Counted from the whole stretch's first letter, positions 23,731 to 35,309 are shown. The stretch: 45,575 nucleotides of DNA, filler included, from Hausera hauseri (GCA_046269625.1; 8 parts of 8 records of this genome joined end to end with filler, not necessarily neighbours in it); one strand, 5' to 3'. The notes: generated from the letters alone by a model not told the origin. Program-made: numbers and translations.

Positions 23731-26575
23731 TCATTATCATCATCGTCATTCGATAACAACGGACAAATGTTACTGTCGAGATCAACGGTATTTATTGGCG
23801 GTATTACATTACACTCACTCAGATTATATTCATTAGATTGTATATCGATTTCCAACTTAGAATCTTTTATATCATCTCTTGAATTTTCACCAATAATAAT
23901 TGAAGATACTTTGAACATTTCAGTAATATGATTATCTGAACGTTTAGTATTCTCATTACATTTTAAAGGTTTAAGAAGCTTCGACTGAGAACATCCTGAC
24001 ATACCAACGCCTGCATCCGAATTTCGAGACGCATCATTGTCCTGATTTCCAGAGAATTGGTTAATATAATCCATAATTTCATATTGTACACTGGGGCCGT
24101 TATCTAGATTAAGTTCGTTTTTCTGTATATTAGCCACAAAACTAAGTGTTTTTGAATCATCTCCAACATAGTCATTGTTAGACAGTTCTGAAGAAGGAAA
24201 TTTTGATATATCAATGTGTGGACAAGTTTTAGAAGACTGAATACTTTGATCAACTTCGGGAATAGTTTCTAACAGATTAGAATAATAAGCTTGCTCATAA
24301 TTGTTCATTTGCGCAATTTTTAGGGTCAACTGTTAAACTGCGTATATCTGGTGGAAAAGCCTTAAGGACTTTAACAACCGGTACAGAGATCTTTGAACTT
24401 TGGATTTCTGAATTTGACGAATGTTTATTTTTATCACCAGTAATTAAAGACTTTGAGGCCTTAAACATTGACTCTTTTCGGTATTCATTACCAATATTCA
24501 AGATTAGATGCTGGAATTGCCTCGGATTTTCAACAGATACTAAGACATTATTCAGCATGATAGATGGTACCGGAACAGCCTTTTCTTGATTTTGCTCATC
24601 AAGATGAATATTAGCTGCACAACTGTACATTGTTGCGTCTCTGATTGCTTGTTCAGTTGTATCAGAATGTAAATGTGACTCAGATGTTTTGGAAACGTCA
24701 ACGATTGGAGTCATTATTGGTTTCACATAATCGCTTGGCATGGATGTTTTTTCCAGTGTTTCGTCGTTCGATTTTAGAGATTGGTTACTTTGTGTATTAG
24801 ATATCGGAATATCAACCATCAAAGAAGACGACATAAGTTTGTCTAGATTTTGGTTTTGAGACTGTCGCTCGGTAAAACAAGTTAGCATCACAGAGTCACT
24901 TTTCTGATAAGACATATCTGAAGAGGCCAATTATGATATTTCAATTACACATTTTTATGAATATGTTCCAAGGTCACTTGTCGTGGATGGCAATAAACTG
25001 TTGAGCTGAGAACATTCAAGGGTGTTGTTTTCGAGAGTCTGATCTGTATTCCGATTACAAAACGATTCAGTACAATTATCCATTAACAAGAATGACACAG
25101 TATGTTCTTTGTTTTGAGTTTCGGATGTTGATTCACTTGAAGAATTAAGTGTTCGGAATTCACTTTTTGTATTCACGGACGCATCAATGCACATATTTGA
25201 TAAAACCTCTGGAGGAATTTCAACTGATGATTTTTCTGAAAGTGTCATAACAGTTTCTCGATCTGATTTCCTCAAACCCTCTGCCTCCTCGTCGATATGA
25301 AAACAATGAATCAGATCAGTGTCTTTATTTTGGTCAGGCATATAATCGCTATTCGTTAAAGTAGATACGACAGTTTCCCCTATTTTTGGCTCATCAGAAT
25401 GTAGTTCAGTTACAGAACTAAGTGTCGCTGAAACATCGTTTCTTATCTGAAGAACTATTGGACGTTTTAACAGTTTAGACTTACTATCAGGTATGGATGA
25501 TTGTGCAACATTGGACCCAGACTCTTGTAGAATGTCGTCGTCTATCTTCGAAGTAGGCGACAAAAACGTGTCTTGTTTGCAGGGCGGAATATGAAAATCC
25601 ATTAATGGCAACGCTGAATTCGTGGACGTGTTCTCATGCTGTTTGTTGGAGAATTCAGTTGAAATATTTTTAAAATTTAATATTAATGTTGGCCTCACAC
25701 AATCATTAACAGAGACTATCGAAGACCCTGTCTGGGTTATCAGAAATTTTTCCGGATGGTTGCGATTATAAATAGTCTTCTTTTTCTAAAGAGCCATCCA
25801 CTGCATTTAACAATGAGGTATGTGAGACTGTTCACAGTAAGTTTAACATCAACCGACAATATATCATCGTAAGCAGTTTCAATTATCTTAGACTGGATCT
25901 CGTATAGTATATCCTTTATAATTTTGTCAACTAAACGTCTTGCTGCAAGTTCAATGAATTCAATTTCATCGGTATCTTCTGATGGTGATACACTTAAACT
26001 TTCGTCATTAACTCCAGTGGATTGAAATAATTTTGAATGGAGTACTTTATTGATAGGGAAATGCCAACTACTGTCGTTTTGCATTAGATGTGGATGTGTA
26101 CTTTCTTCAGTACTATCTAATGTATCAGAATGTTTATCTGATTTAATTTCGTTGGATGTTTCTTGGATGATTGTTCCTTGAGCTCTTGTACATTAACTGA
26201 AGATATATATCCACAAGTATCTTGGTCTGATTTAGATTGAATAGCCCTCAATTTAACATTCTTATCATCTATTGCTCTATAGACATTTCCAGAATCTGTT
26301 TCATGTTCCTTACTAAACAGAGTTCTGTTCCACAAAACTATTTTTTTGATTACTTTCTGTATTAGTAAATTGAATGATATCAGACAGATCTGTACAGCCA
26401 CTTTCGACTCGCGCTGTTGCAGAACTAATTTCAAAGGTTTCTTTTCCATCTCTATCAAAACTAACAGAAGAAGAGATGCATTCAACATTATCTCTCACCT
26501 CTACAGCCTTTTCACTTTTCTTCATTTCATTGGATGGGAAAAACGTTACTTTTTTCATCCTTCCTATGACATTTC
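23731..26575 (-). pseudogene. Large S/D/E/N-rich disordered protein, frameshifted
   Basis: Chain of minus-strand ORFs (26313-26558, 26117-26488, 25740-26084, 24955-25698, 24295-24930, part of 23250-24329) joined by frameshifts and stops. Confidence 0.55.
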
Positions 26576-26675
26576 NNNNNNNNNNNNNNNNNNNNNNNNN
26601 NNNNNNNNNNNNNNNNNNNTTAATTAATTAANNNNNNNNNNNNNNNNNNNNNNNNNNNNNNNNNNNNNNNNNNNN
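26576..26675. other. Synthetic contig spacer
   Basis: 44 N + TTAATTAATTAA + 44 N. Confidence 0.98.
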
Positions 26676-27056
26676 TGTTAGGAGGTGGCTGGTTTATTGA
26701 AGTTTGGATTGAGGAAAAATTGGTGTGAAATCAATCGAGCTGACCGATTGGGAGAAAAAGTCAGCTAGTAAATTGTCGACTCCGTTTAGGTGCTTAATTT
26801 CAAAATTAAATGTGGAAAAATACGATATTTGCCTCTCCTGACGTGGAGAAGACGATTTCATAGTGAGAATTTGAAGCAAGGGCTTGTGGTCCGTTTGTAT
26901 TGTAAAAGTTCGTGCAGTTAGTAGATGTTTAAAGTGTTTTACAGCAAGGACCAATGCAAGCAACTCTCAGTCAAAGGTGGCATATCTTTGCTCTTGTGCC
27001 GTGAATTTTCGTGAGAAGTCTGGCTCATGGGATCCATTTTTGACTTGATGGAGGAC
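26676..27056 (-). mobile_element. Gypsy RNase H fragment (copy 3)
   Basis: VLHQ...FSRKFTAQEQRYATFD*ELLA...KHFKHLL...TDHKPL...GVDNLLADFFS. Confidence 0.92.
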
Positions 27057-27453
27057 TGTCGTGCCCACATTCACCTAATCGATAATTTGGACAAAAAAAA
27101 AACATTTTCTTGTCTAAATTTATAAATCAAATTCTCTTGTTTTCAGCCAATTTCGAACGTTTAATATTTCAAGTCTATTTTTCTCTTTGTAACTCGACTG
27201 TGCCTAATTTTGACATGTAATTTTCTCATCATTATGAAATGGTTATCAATCTTGGGCAGCTTTGTTATTGTATGATACGGTTCAGAATTTGTTGATATTG
27301 TACAGACTAAATACAACACGCGAATTTCAACTTACTCTCTATTGATGTTGGATTTAATGTCGTAATCGTTTTATTTTCTGTAGAGTTTTGGCTATCCATG
27401 GATAACCGTACAATAAATGACCAAATTATAAACCAAAACCTCGGAAATCACAC

Positions 27454-27464
27454 TGGTGTCAGAA
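27454..27464 (+). promoter_or_regulatory. Primer-binding site complementary to tRNA-Leu 3' end
   Basis: TGGTGTCAGAA one base after ...TCACA; this is a common invertebrate gypsy PBS (TGGTGTCAGAAGTGGGAT). Confidence 0.6.
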
Positions 27465-27699
27465 CCCCACATCTGTACACAGTCGTTGTACAACGGGCAG
27501 AAGTCCAATATTTTCTAATGGTCATTGATCCAGTAGGATCAACCGTTTTCCATCAACCAGTTAACCCAGGAGAGACCAATTCTCTAATAATCGAAACACG
27601 TCAAATAGAATTTTACATCCCATATCTACATCTCGGCGAAATCCAGGAATTATTTTATTTCTCCATCAACAGCACAGTCGACACAACAGATACTGTCAG

Positions 27700-28677
27700 T
27701 GCTGCTCCCGTCCAGCCGAATAAAATGCTAAAAACCAACGATTGCTGACGCAATTCTCATCCCTCTCACTCACCAAAATATAATTGTCGGGATATTGAAG
27801 GATCCAATACAGACACTTCTGAAATCGCCATTTGATTTCCTTAAAGCACTTTGTAATCTCACCCAAGGCGGGATTGTCAAACATTTTACTGCCTATATCC
27901 AGAATTTATCAGATCGTCATTCACGAAATCCTCAAGTATATTGGAAGGAAAAGGACCGTGCACTGCTCTTCATTACTTCCATTGCATCACATGGCGGTAC
28001 CGAAAGATACAGCGTTACGAATGCGACCTTCGTTGACATTGCTGCACTCTATAAGAGTCACGTGTTGCCGGGATTATCTGATAAATTGGCGGTAATGCAG
28101 TCGTTAAAGCCAACTGTATCAAGTATCTTATGGCATTCTGTAATATCATTTCCCACGACGAACTGAAATCATTGATAAATTTGCTATCGCAATTTGCCTG
28201 TCATCAATTTCACATCGTCTACACGTATGCAGCTTCTGCCGTTAATAAATTATTGATGGTTCGTTATCCGTAGTCACCAAATGCCATCAGTACTGCGGCA
28301 TATGTTAACGAAACGATGCTGTTTCGGTTGTGCGATGCATTGCAGATCGAAGGATCAGAAGAAAATGACTGTACTATGCAGGTCATTATGCGAGGTTTGA
28401 GTATGTTGAAAACTAGTCAGCTGCTGTTGGATAAAATTCTGCCGTTCTCACTACGAAAATTGGATTTAGCCGTTAAAAATCCGAAGAAACCACGATTCAA
28501 TCATTTCGTAATGGAATCCATTGACTGTGCTTAAAAATCGTGTGCAATAACAATTCCAATTACGTCAGTGAACTTAAAACTGCACTGGCACCAATAGTCA
28601 AAACGGTCTTTCAGAAAGAAGTTGAACAATTCCGGCCGTACATATTTCAATTGCTGAGTCTCCTTCTAGGTCACAGT
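27700..28677 (+). pseudogene. CSE1L: Exportin-2 internal fragment, frameshifted
   Basis: RDIEGSNTDT, DFLKALC, NPQVYWKEKDRALLFITSIASHGGTE, HIVYTYAASAVNKLL, GSEENDCTMQVIMR, KNPKKPRFNHFVMESI, QFRPYIFQLLSLLL. Confidence 0.88.
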
Positions 28678-28861
28678 CCACCTACATGTTGGTCACTAGA
28701 AGACTCACGTTGGGTCCCGCCTGGCAAATCTGACTTTGCCACGGGGGTGTGGTGTGGTGCCCACATTCACCCAATGAGTGATTTGTTGATAAAAACTTTG
28801 TTTGTTTCAATATTCAAAATAATAAAAGTTTTTTTGAGTTTCCTTAAATCCTTTTTGCACA

Positions 28862-30029
28862 ATGAGTGACTGTCTTTATATTCCCTGCATGGACAAACAG
28901 GTTAGACTAACATGGGAAAACGTTAATGAAGGTATTGTGTTTAATGATGGTTTTACGTCGGATATTTCTTCTGCTTCTGGTTTGTTGACTGAAGTTAAAT
29001 GGCTTTGTTCAATGCAAGAGCCGATTTCCCAGTATTTAGCTATACAGTCATACCATATTTTTGAAAAGCTTCAAAGTTTAAAAGAATACGATTTGGAAAG
29101 CCTCTGCAAAAGTCAAGAATACATAGCTGTCCTTACAGAATGCAGATAGCAGATTGAAAATGAAATTAATTTTTTGGAACGAAATGGACAAGATAAGAAT
29201 AACGATAAATACGTGTACTTAACGTCTCAGTGTAACACAATTAGAGATCAGCAGTTGTTGTGGCATTTGTCTGAAATTCTGTTTATCAAGTCCAGTCTAG
29301 CGGGCTACCTGCTACAAGATTTAAAAGGTTGTCTGAATCTGCAGCAGCAACATGTCTTGTCAGCCTACGAATTATTGCTGGATTTATTCAATGACGGTGA
29401 TCGGGATATGATATTGGAAGACGACGATAGATTCTGGCCAACGGTTATTTCATTAGGACTTCACGGTCGAAATTTAGAGCTCGCCAACTTGTTGTCCTAT
29501 TATTCTCACAACAACCGTCAGATCTTTAGAACTATTCTCGACGTTTTAGATCTCATGCCGGTTTTTTGGTACGAAATTGAAAATCTCACAGAATTTGAAA
29601 TTGCTTGGCAAAAATGGCATCGATTGGTTCGAGAATCGCTGATCGACAGTTGCGTGCTGAATGTGTATCCACACTTATGTACCCTGGCGAGAGTTTTGGC
29701 CGGCGACGAACGCGTATTCATTGAAGATATCGTGATGTAGCTTTTCGACGGATATCGGTTTTTGGCGTTTATATCGTTTAATTTGCACTCATCACCGTTA
29801 GCAAGTATTAAGTATGTTAAACAGTGTTACAAGCGATTTAAACAGTCATTTTTGAATTCATTAGAATATCAGAAAGTTCCGAATATGGGGCAATTATCCG
29901 AAGAATTGTTGAAAGCCATCGATTCGATATTCAATTTGAATATCGGCAACTTAATTCTAACCATTTCTAAAAACAAAAACAATTGGTGGTTGCTAGCCCA
30001 TCTGATTGACATGATCGATAAACTTCACA
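28862..30029 (+). pseudogene. NUP85: Nucleoporin Nup85, N-terminal ~390 codons with two in-frame TAG
   Basis: One frame from ATG 28862 with TAG at 29147 and 29738. Motifs SQEYIAVLTEC, LLWHLSEILFI..S.AGYLLQDL, FWPTVISLGLHGR, F..AWQKWH, PHL..L.RVLAGDE, NWWLLAHLIDMID. Ends abruptly at the tRNA-complementary sequence. Confidence 0.82.
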
Positions 30030-30030
30030 C

Positions 30031-30069
30031 TGGTATAAGAAGTGGTATTCGAACCCACGCCCACGAAGT
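30031..30069 (-). other. Mature tRNA-Leu 3'-half copy including CCA (an extended PBS when read on +)
   Basis: + strand TGGTATAAGAAGTGGTATTCGAACCCACGCC vs tRNA-Leu complement TGGTGTCAGAAGTGGGATTCGAACCCACGCC (3 mismatches in 31). No 5' half of a tRNA is visible. Confidence 0.8.
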
Positions 30070-30189
30070 TTATTGCATCTTATGAATTTTGAAATTGAGA
30101 ATTCTTGTTGGCCATTTTTTTAGCGTCGCAGTTTTAATTTAATCTATCGCCGATCGGGTTTAATTTATTACAATCGTGAATTAGATTTT

Positions 30190-30674
30190 TTATTTATTGC
30201 CATATTGGAATATTCCTTTGGAATATTCTCTTTCTTGGATTTCATTTATCCTCTCGTCCGTGGAGACGTCTGCAAATTGCTCACTAACCTTTGCAATTTC
30301 ATTCCGTACAGCTTGCATTATTGGGTCTGGTATTTGCAGATTAGTGTTAAACTCGACTAATGCATTATGCATTCTTGCTAACAAGGTTTGCAGTAATGTT
30401 GCCAATGATACGTTATCTACATCAGATTCATCTTCTTTTGTTAACAATCTTCGGAAAACTTTATCATCTCTGGCCTTTCTGCCTTTTAGTTGATAAAGTT
30501 TTGTCGTTCCGTTCGGTCTTCCGCGTGTTCTTTTATCTGATTGTATTTGTTCAGATATAGGGATATTTATTTCGTTTCCCATCTGCTGTGCTTCTTGATG
30601 ATGCCCGGCTTCTTCCATTTCTTTTTATCCGACATCAGCTATAATCTCATCGATTGTCTCTTGTTCAGACTGTC
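30190..30674 (-). CDS. Unknown protein C-terminal fragment with RGRP (AT-hook-like) motif
   Basis: ORF 30190-30618 (KRTRGRPNGTTK); runs toward the contig edge. Confidence 0.3.
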
Positions 30675-30774
30675 NNNNNNNNNNNNNNNNNNNNNNNNNN
30701 NNNNNNNNNNNNNNNNNNTTAATTAATTAANNNNNNNNNNNNNNNNNNNNNNNNNNNNNNNNNNNNNNNNNNNN
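30675..30774. other. Synthetic contig spacer
   Basis: 44 N + TTAATTAATTAA + 44 N. Confidence 0.98.
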
Positions 30775-31433
30775 TGAAAGGCTGCATAGAAAGCTATACA
30801 ACAATAGTGTTTTTAGCAAGACGATGGAAAATATCCGCAACAGGATCAACATTGAGCTAGTAGGTGACTGGAAGCGGACAAAGAAGCTCATTACCAAGCC
30901 TAACTTCCACAGCAGCAACATATATGCGGAGAATTTGGTAGGAATCCATATGCTGAAAACAGCATTGGTATTCAATAAGCCCATATATGTGGGTATGGCA
31001 ATATTGGATCTATCAAAATCTTTAATGCATCGATTCCATTATGACATCATGGTCCCCAAGCTCAAGTCCATGCAGTTGATGTATATGGATACTGATGGTT
31101 TTATCTATCAGATCCATACAGATGATATTTATGAAGACTTTGCCTCGGGCTATCCGAAGGTTCATCCCAACTATTTAATAACAAAGTCCTAGGGAAATTC
31201 AAAGACGAGATGAATGGAGCTATTATTTCGAGATTTGAAGCGCTCAGGTCCAAAATGTATGCACTAGACATATGTGGTCAGATCAAAAAGAGAGACAAGG
31301 GCGTTCAAAGGGCTACATTGGTCAAGATCAGTTTGGAGGACTATGTGAGAGTTCTGCATGAGTAGACTCATATCATATTGGAGATCCGAAGGATCCAATC
31401 TAAAGATCATAACATCCAAACAGTAAGGACTAA
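30775..31433 (+). mobile_element. Polinton-type family-B DNA polymerase, C-terminal fragment
   Basis: KLYNNSVFSKTMENIR (motif B), NKPIYVGMAILDLSK, YMDTD (motif C), LGKFKDE, LRSKMYA, KGV. Confidence 0.9.
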
Positions 31434-31434
31434 T

Positions 31435-31600
31435 GAGGGAATATATCATTATTATAGTGAATATAGAGAGGGAATATACCAAGATAATAAGATTATTGAA
31501 GGAATATGCCAGTCATATAGTGAATATAGAGCGGTAATATACCAATATAATAAGGATTATTGAATGAATATGTCAGTATTATGGAGGAATATAAGGAGAG
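31435..31600 (+). repeat. Tandem repeat, ~63-64 bp unit, ~2.5 copies
   Basis: GAATAT..CA.T..TATAGTGAATATAGAG.GG.AATATACCAA.ATAATAAG.ATTATTGAA recurs at ~31439, ~31502 and partially at ~31566. Confidence 0.8.
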
Positions 31601-31829
31601 AATTGTGAGACTCGGTCATTTTTACTTTCTGTTGTAGAAGGGTCTGATGTTGGCCCATTATAGTTTGTATACCACCGAGAGGGTGTTTTGGATATATTGA
31701 TTCTTGATATGAATCTCTTAGAGTGGATGGTGGCGGTTGAGACGGTTGAAGAGGTATGCTGCTGAGTAGAGCTGATTTATGTAACGAATCCTAATGTACC
31801 ATAGGTGATGGGAGATTGCGGTTCATACT

Positions 31830-32360
31830 GTCAAAAATTTCATCGGCGGCGTCTTTGTCGCTTTGTAAAGATGCACTATCGTAATTATTGCCACACATTT
31901 CCTCCAAACTCAAACCGATTATTGCAAGGGCCTCATTAATCAATTTAGTCAGACGAGCACCACCCGACTCAAGTCGAAAATTTTTTAGATTTAATGTTTC
32001 TAATGAGTTAATGGCGTCCTGATATATTTTTTGAATATACCGCAATTTGGCCAGCAATATTTTGGCTTCCAGTTTATATCCGCCGTCCACTGATAACAAT
32101 ACATCGTCAATGTTTTCTATAATTTCTATTGCTTCATCGCCAGATATCGAATCTTCTTCATTAAGAAATTTTTTTACTTTCGCCTCAGCCATTGCCAAAT
32201 AATAGAGAACCTCCAGTTGTGATAGTGGTTTTTCATTACGAATTTGAGTAGTTAAATCATAAGCTTTGTGCCATTTAAATTCGGCTCTGAGTTTCTGAAT
32301 ATAAAATTCCAATTTGGTACGTTTAGACCTGTGTGATTTGATTAAGAACGAGTGTCTCAT
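31830..32360 (-). pseudogene. TTC7: TTC7 (PI4KA-complex TPR protein) N-terminal fragment
   Basis: KLEFYIQKLRAEFKW, LAMAEAKVKKFL, LEAKILLAKLRY....YQDA, RLTKLINEALAIIGLSLE match the TTC7A/B N-terminus; similarity is lost after DEIFD. Confidence 0.75.
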
Positions 32361-32544
32361 TGCGATGATGAAAGTTTGAAAATCAATTATAAATTTCTAT
32401 AATTATGATACCAAAATACAAAACTTTACATCATCTCAAAAATCGGCTAAAAAAGTAATAAATTCCACTACTTTCAAAATTCTCCAAAATGTATTTCTGT
32501 ATTTAAATAAAATACAAATGTTTTAACATACCAGGTTCCGCATG

Positions 32545-32577
32545 CAGATCACCGATTGGGTGAATATGGGCACCACA
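32545..32577 (-). repeat. LTR head TGTGGTGCCCATATTCACCCAATCGGTGATCTG
   Basis: Near-identical to the heads at 27057 and 28753; interrupts the PolB frame exactly at its TG. Confidence 0.75.
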
Positions 32578-34240
32578 TAAACATTTCTGGATCCTGAATG
32601 AGCTTAATACGACATGGACTCGTTTTAGTGCAGTTGCCCAAGATAATCCTGGAATAGATACGAAATTAAGCGCTTCTAAGCCATTCTCCAACTTAACCTG
32701 CTTTCTAAATCGTTCAAAAATATCACCTAACAAGTATACACCTAGTTTCATGTATACTAGCTTGTAGTCTAAAATCGGGCTACATTTATATCTTAACCAA
32801 GTAAGTTGAGCCTCTTGATGATCGCTGTCATTAATACCATTCCATTTCGGTGGTAATTCAGAAATCGACTGCAAGTCAGCAAACTATTTGGTTGCAGTGT
32901 ATGGAAAAACACCTTTAGCTTTAATGATATCAGATGGAAAAGCTGTTTTGGTAAATGGGTAACAGTCTAAATTAGAGGCAAGTTTCTTCAGTGAAGCAGT
33001 TAAAAACTAAAGCGTGTCCAAAAAGCGAATTGAAACAGACTTTTTACCTGCACATAGTATCATACCCTGCATAGTGAGGACTTTTTCCGTTGTTTGCGGA
33101 ATAACACTTAATTCCCAGTTGTGAATATATTAATACGTGTTTTAAAATATGATAAAGATCATACCCACTCAAATTATAGAACATAACAGGTAGATTGTAC
33201 CGAATCTGTCGAGCCAAGTTACATTTACTACATGCTGGGCCTAAGAATTTATCTGTAACATGGCAGTGATCTCCAAGAAATTGTGAACCGTTGTCATAAT
33301 AGATGTAACAGTATGTGGCATTTTTAAACCAAAATAATTCAGCGGATGTTAGTGGGATCATTGGCTTTTTAGCATTTTCGTACCAAGCTTTTCACAATTT
33401 CCTCTAAACAAGCCAAAAACCGAGCGATAGAATTTTCACAAACAAACTGCCTATACTGAATACACGTTGTCGGCAATAACAAAAGACCGGTTGCAGCAGG
33501 CAAATGGGTATGCTTAACCTTATTATCAGGACACAGAACTGATCCAATGTCAGCATATATGACAAAAAGGACTTATAAATTTGGCCAAGTCCCTAAATTC
33601 AAAAAGCTTGTTTTCAGGCATTCTGTACAAAGTTGTGCATTTGGAACAAGATATACACATTTTTAAATGCTTAGCATAAGCAGCGTCACGCCTAAATCCA
33701 TGCAAACATTTCTCACACCAATGCTGACATTGAATTTTCATACCGTTAGACCGTATTTTCAACAACCGAATAGGATTTTTACTTCCATACAAACTATCAA
33801 CGAATGGATTTTTCATTATATACTCATCAAAATCTACATCATTCTCATCATGAAACAACAAAACATTAATTAACAACTGTGGATTCTGCCTTTCAAATGT
33901 ACTTATGTTGCATATTTTCATAGGCATATCATTCAAGGAATATTTTATCTCGCTTAAATATGGAGTGTAAGTGCCAACCCTATATCTATAATTGTTAAAG
34001 AGGGAATACTTGGTTACGGCAAGAATCAAGTATAAGAAAAATTGTCCTCATTCTGTATATTAACAACAGCCATTGCATTTTTCAATGCGTCAGATGTTGG
34101 TAGATAGAATTTTTCAGACAGATAGGGTAGTGGACGTGTTTTAACTATATGAAAACAGTATTTCAGAATTTTCACTACCTTCCTATTACTACCCATTTCG
34201 GCAAATTTTCCACTTGCTATCGCAAAGTATCAGCTACAGA
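32578..34240 (-). mobile_element. Polinton-type family-B DNA polymerase, N-terminal half, degenerate
   Basis: FERQNPQLLINV, C2H2 (CEKCLHGF...HLKMC), IYAD exonuclease motif, endonuclease-VII-like DHCHVT.KFLGPACSKCNL, FYNLSGYD, IRFLDT, KGVFPY, LLGDIFERFR, SIPGLSW. Confidence 0.9.
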
Positions 34241-34999
34241 TTGTGGGTAAGCCGATTATTAATCAAATTAAAAACCACATAAATGTTTTAGTGAATAAAA
34301 AAATGTACTCTGCATAACAAACTATAAATACCATTTCAATGCTCATTCAGACATTACTGCCAGGGAGAACAACGACAAAACTATTATACTCAATGATGGT
34401 TGTGAAAATAATGAAAGTTCAGATTGGTCGTGTTTGTTTGGCTACAAAAGAGGCAATTCTAATGTCAAACTGCTGGAACCTGTCCAAAAATTAGAAAAAC
34501 CGGGTGATTGTCTGCAGATTAATTGTCTTAAAACGAAACAGGAACTTTCTCAGAAATAATCAGCAGCAGCAGAAAAACCGACGTTAAAAGGCAAAATACA
34601 ATGNNNNNNNNNNGTGTAAAACGGCTTTCGGATAAAAATTTGGATAAACTTTCTGATGCTCTACATCAATTAAAGTTTGATTTAAAGTTAGACGAAACAA
34701 CTGTGCAACAGCAATCTGTCGATTTACCAGCACAGAAAACGAAATTGTTTCATTTTATCGGTCGCGAAATGTTTCATGTACTCCATGATGGTAGTGGTTT
34801 AAAATATCGACTGAATATTGAATTGCAAGGATACAATGAAAAAGCCGGTATCAAAAGCCCGATTTGGCATGCAGCTAAAGCACATTTTAATTATCAATAA
34901 ATTTTGTTTTACCGTTCTTCCTCTTCTTTCATCAACCCAATTAACGAGTATATATATATATAATTTTAATATTGGCTTAAGCATAGTGATAATGAATGA

Positions 35000-35099
35000 N
35001 NNNNNNNNNNNNNNNNNNNNNNNNNNNNNNNNNNNNNNNNNNNTTAATTAATTAANNNNNNNNNNNNNNNNNNNNNNNNNNNNNNNNNNNNNNNNNNNN
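35000..35099. other. Synthetic contig spacer
   Basis: 44 N + TTAATTAATTAA + 44 N. Confidence 0.98.
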
Positions 35100-35309
35100 A
35101 AATAAGCTATAATTTGTACACAAAACTGTACAGTACAACTAACAACAAGAATATTTCAAAAATCAGGACATTATGAAGCCGAATAAATTATAAATTTATA
35201 TTGAGAAAAACGGTTTGTTTTGAAATATTTAGACGGTACCTATACAAGTAAATAAATTAATATTTAATAATTGAAACTTATTAAAAATAAGTGTTCAAAC
35301 AACAGACTC

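Larger units (their letters stand above)
27057..30069 (+). mobile_element. Putative non-autonomous LTR element with host-gene cargo (head...TCACA, PBS, internal cargo, PPT, head...TCACA, PBS)
   Basis: Heads at 27057 and 28753; TCACA-C-TGGT junctions at 27452/27454 and 30029/30031; GGGGG PPT at 28743-28747. Confidence 0.6.

Noticed and set aside
28690-28702. TGGTCACTAGAAG as a primer-binding site
   Set aside because: I cannot match it to a tRNA 3' end, and the homologous position at 18154 reads TGGATTCC; it is part of the pre-PPT module.
28776-28790. GTGATTTGTTG after the head (and TGCATG after the 32577 head) resembling the 3' end of a flatworm spliced leader
   Set aside because: The match is about 11 nt, recalled from memory, not shared by the other heads, and lies 70-180 nt from the ATG. 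Worth rechecking only if the organism's SL sequence is known.
34300-34900. Possible additional gene fragment around the 10-N gap
   Set aside because: Looks coding, but I cannot identify it or fix its frame across the gap.
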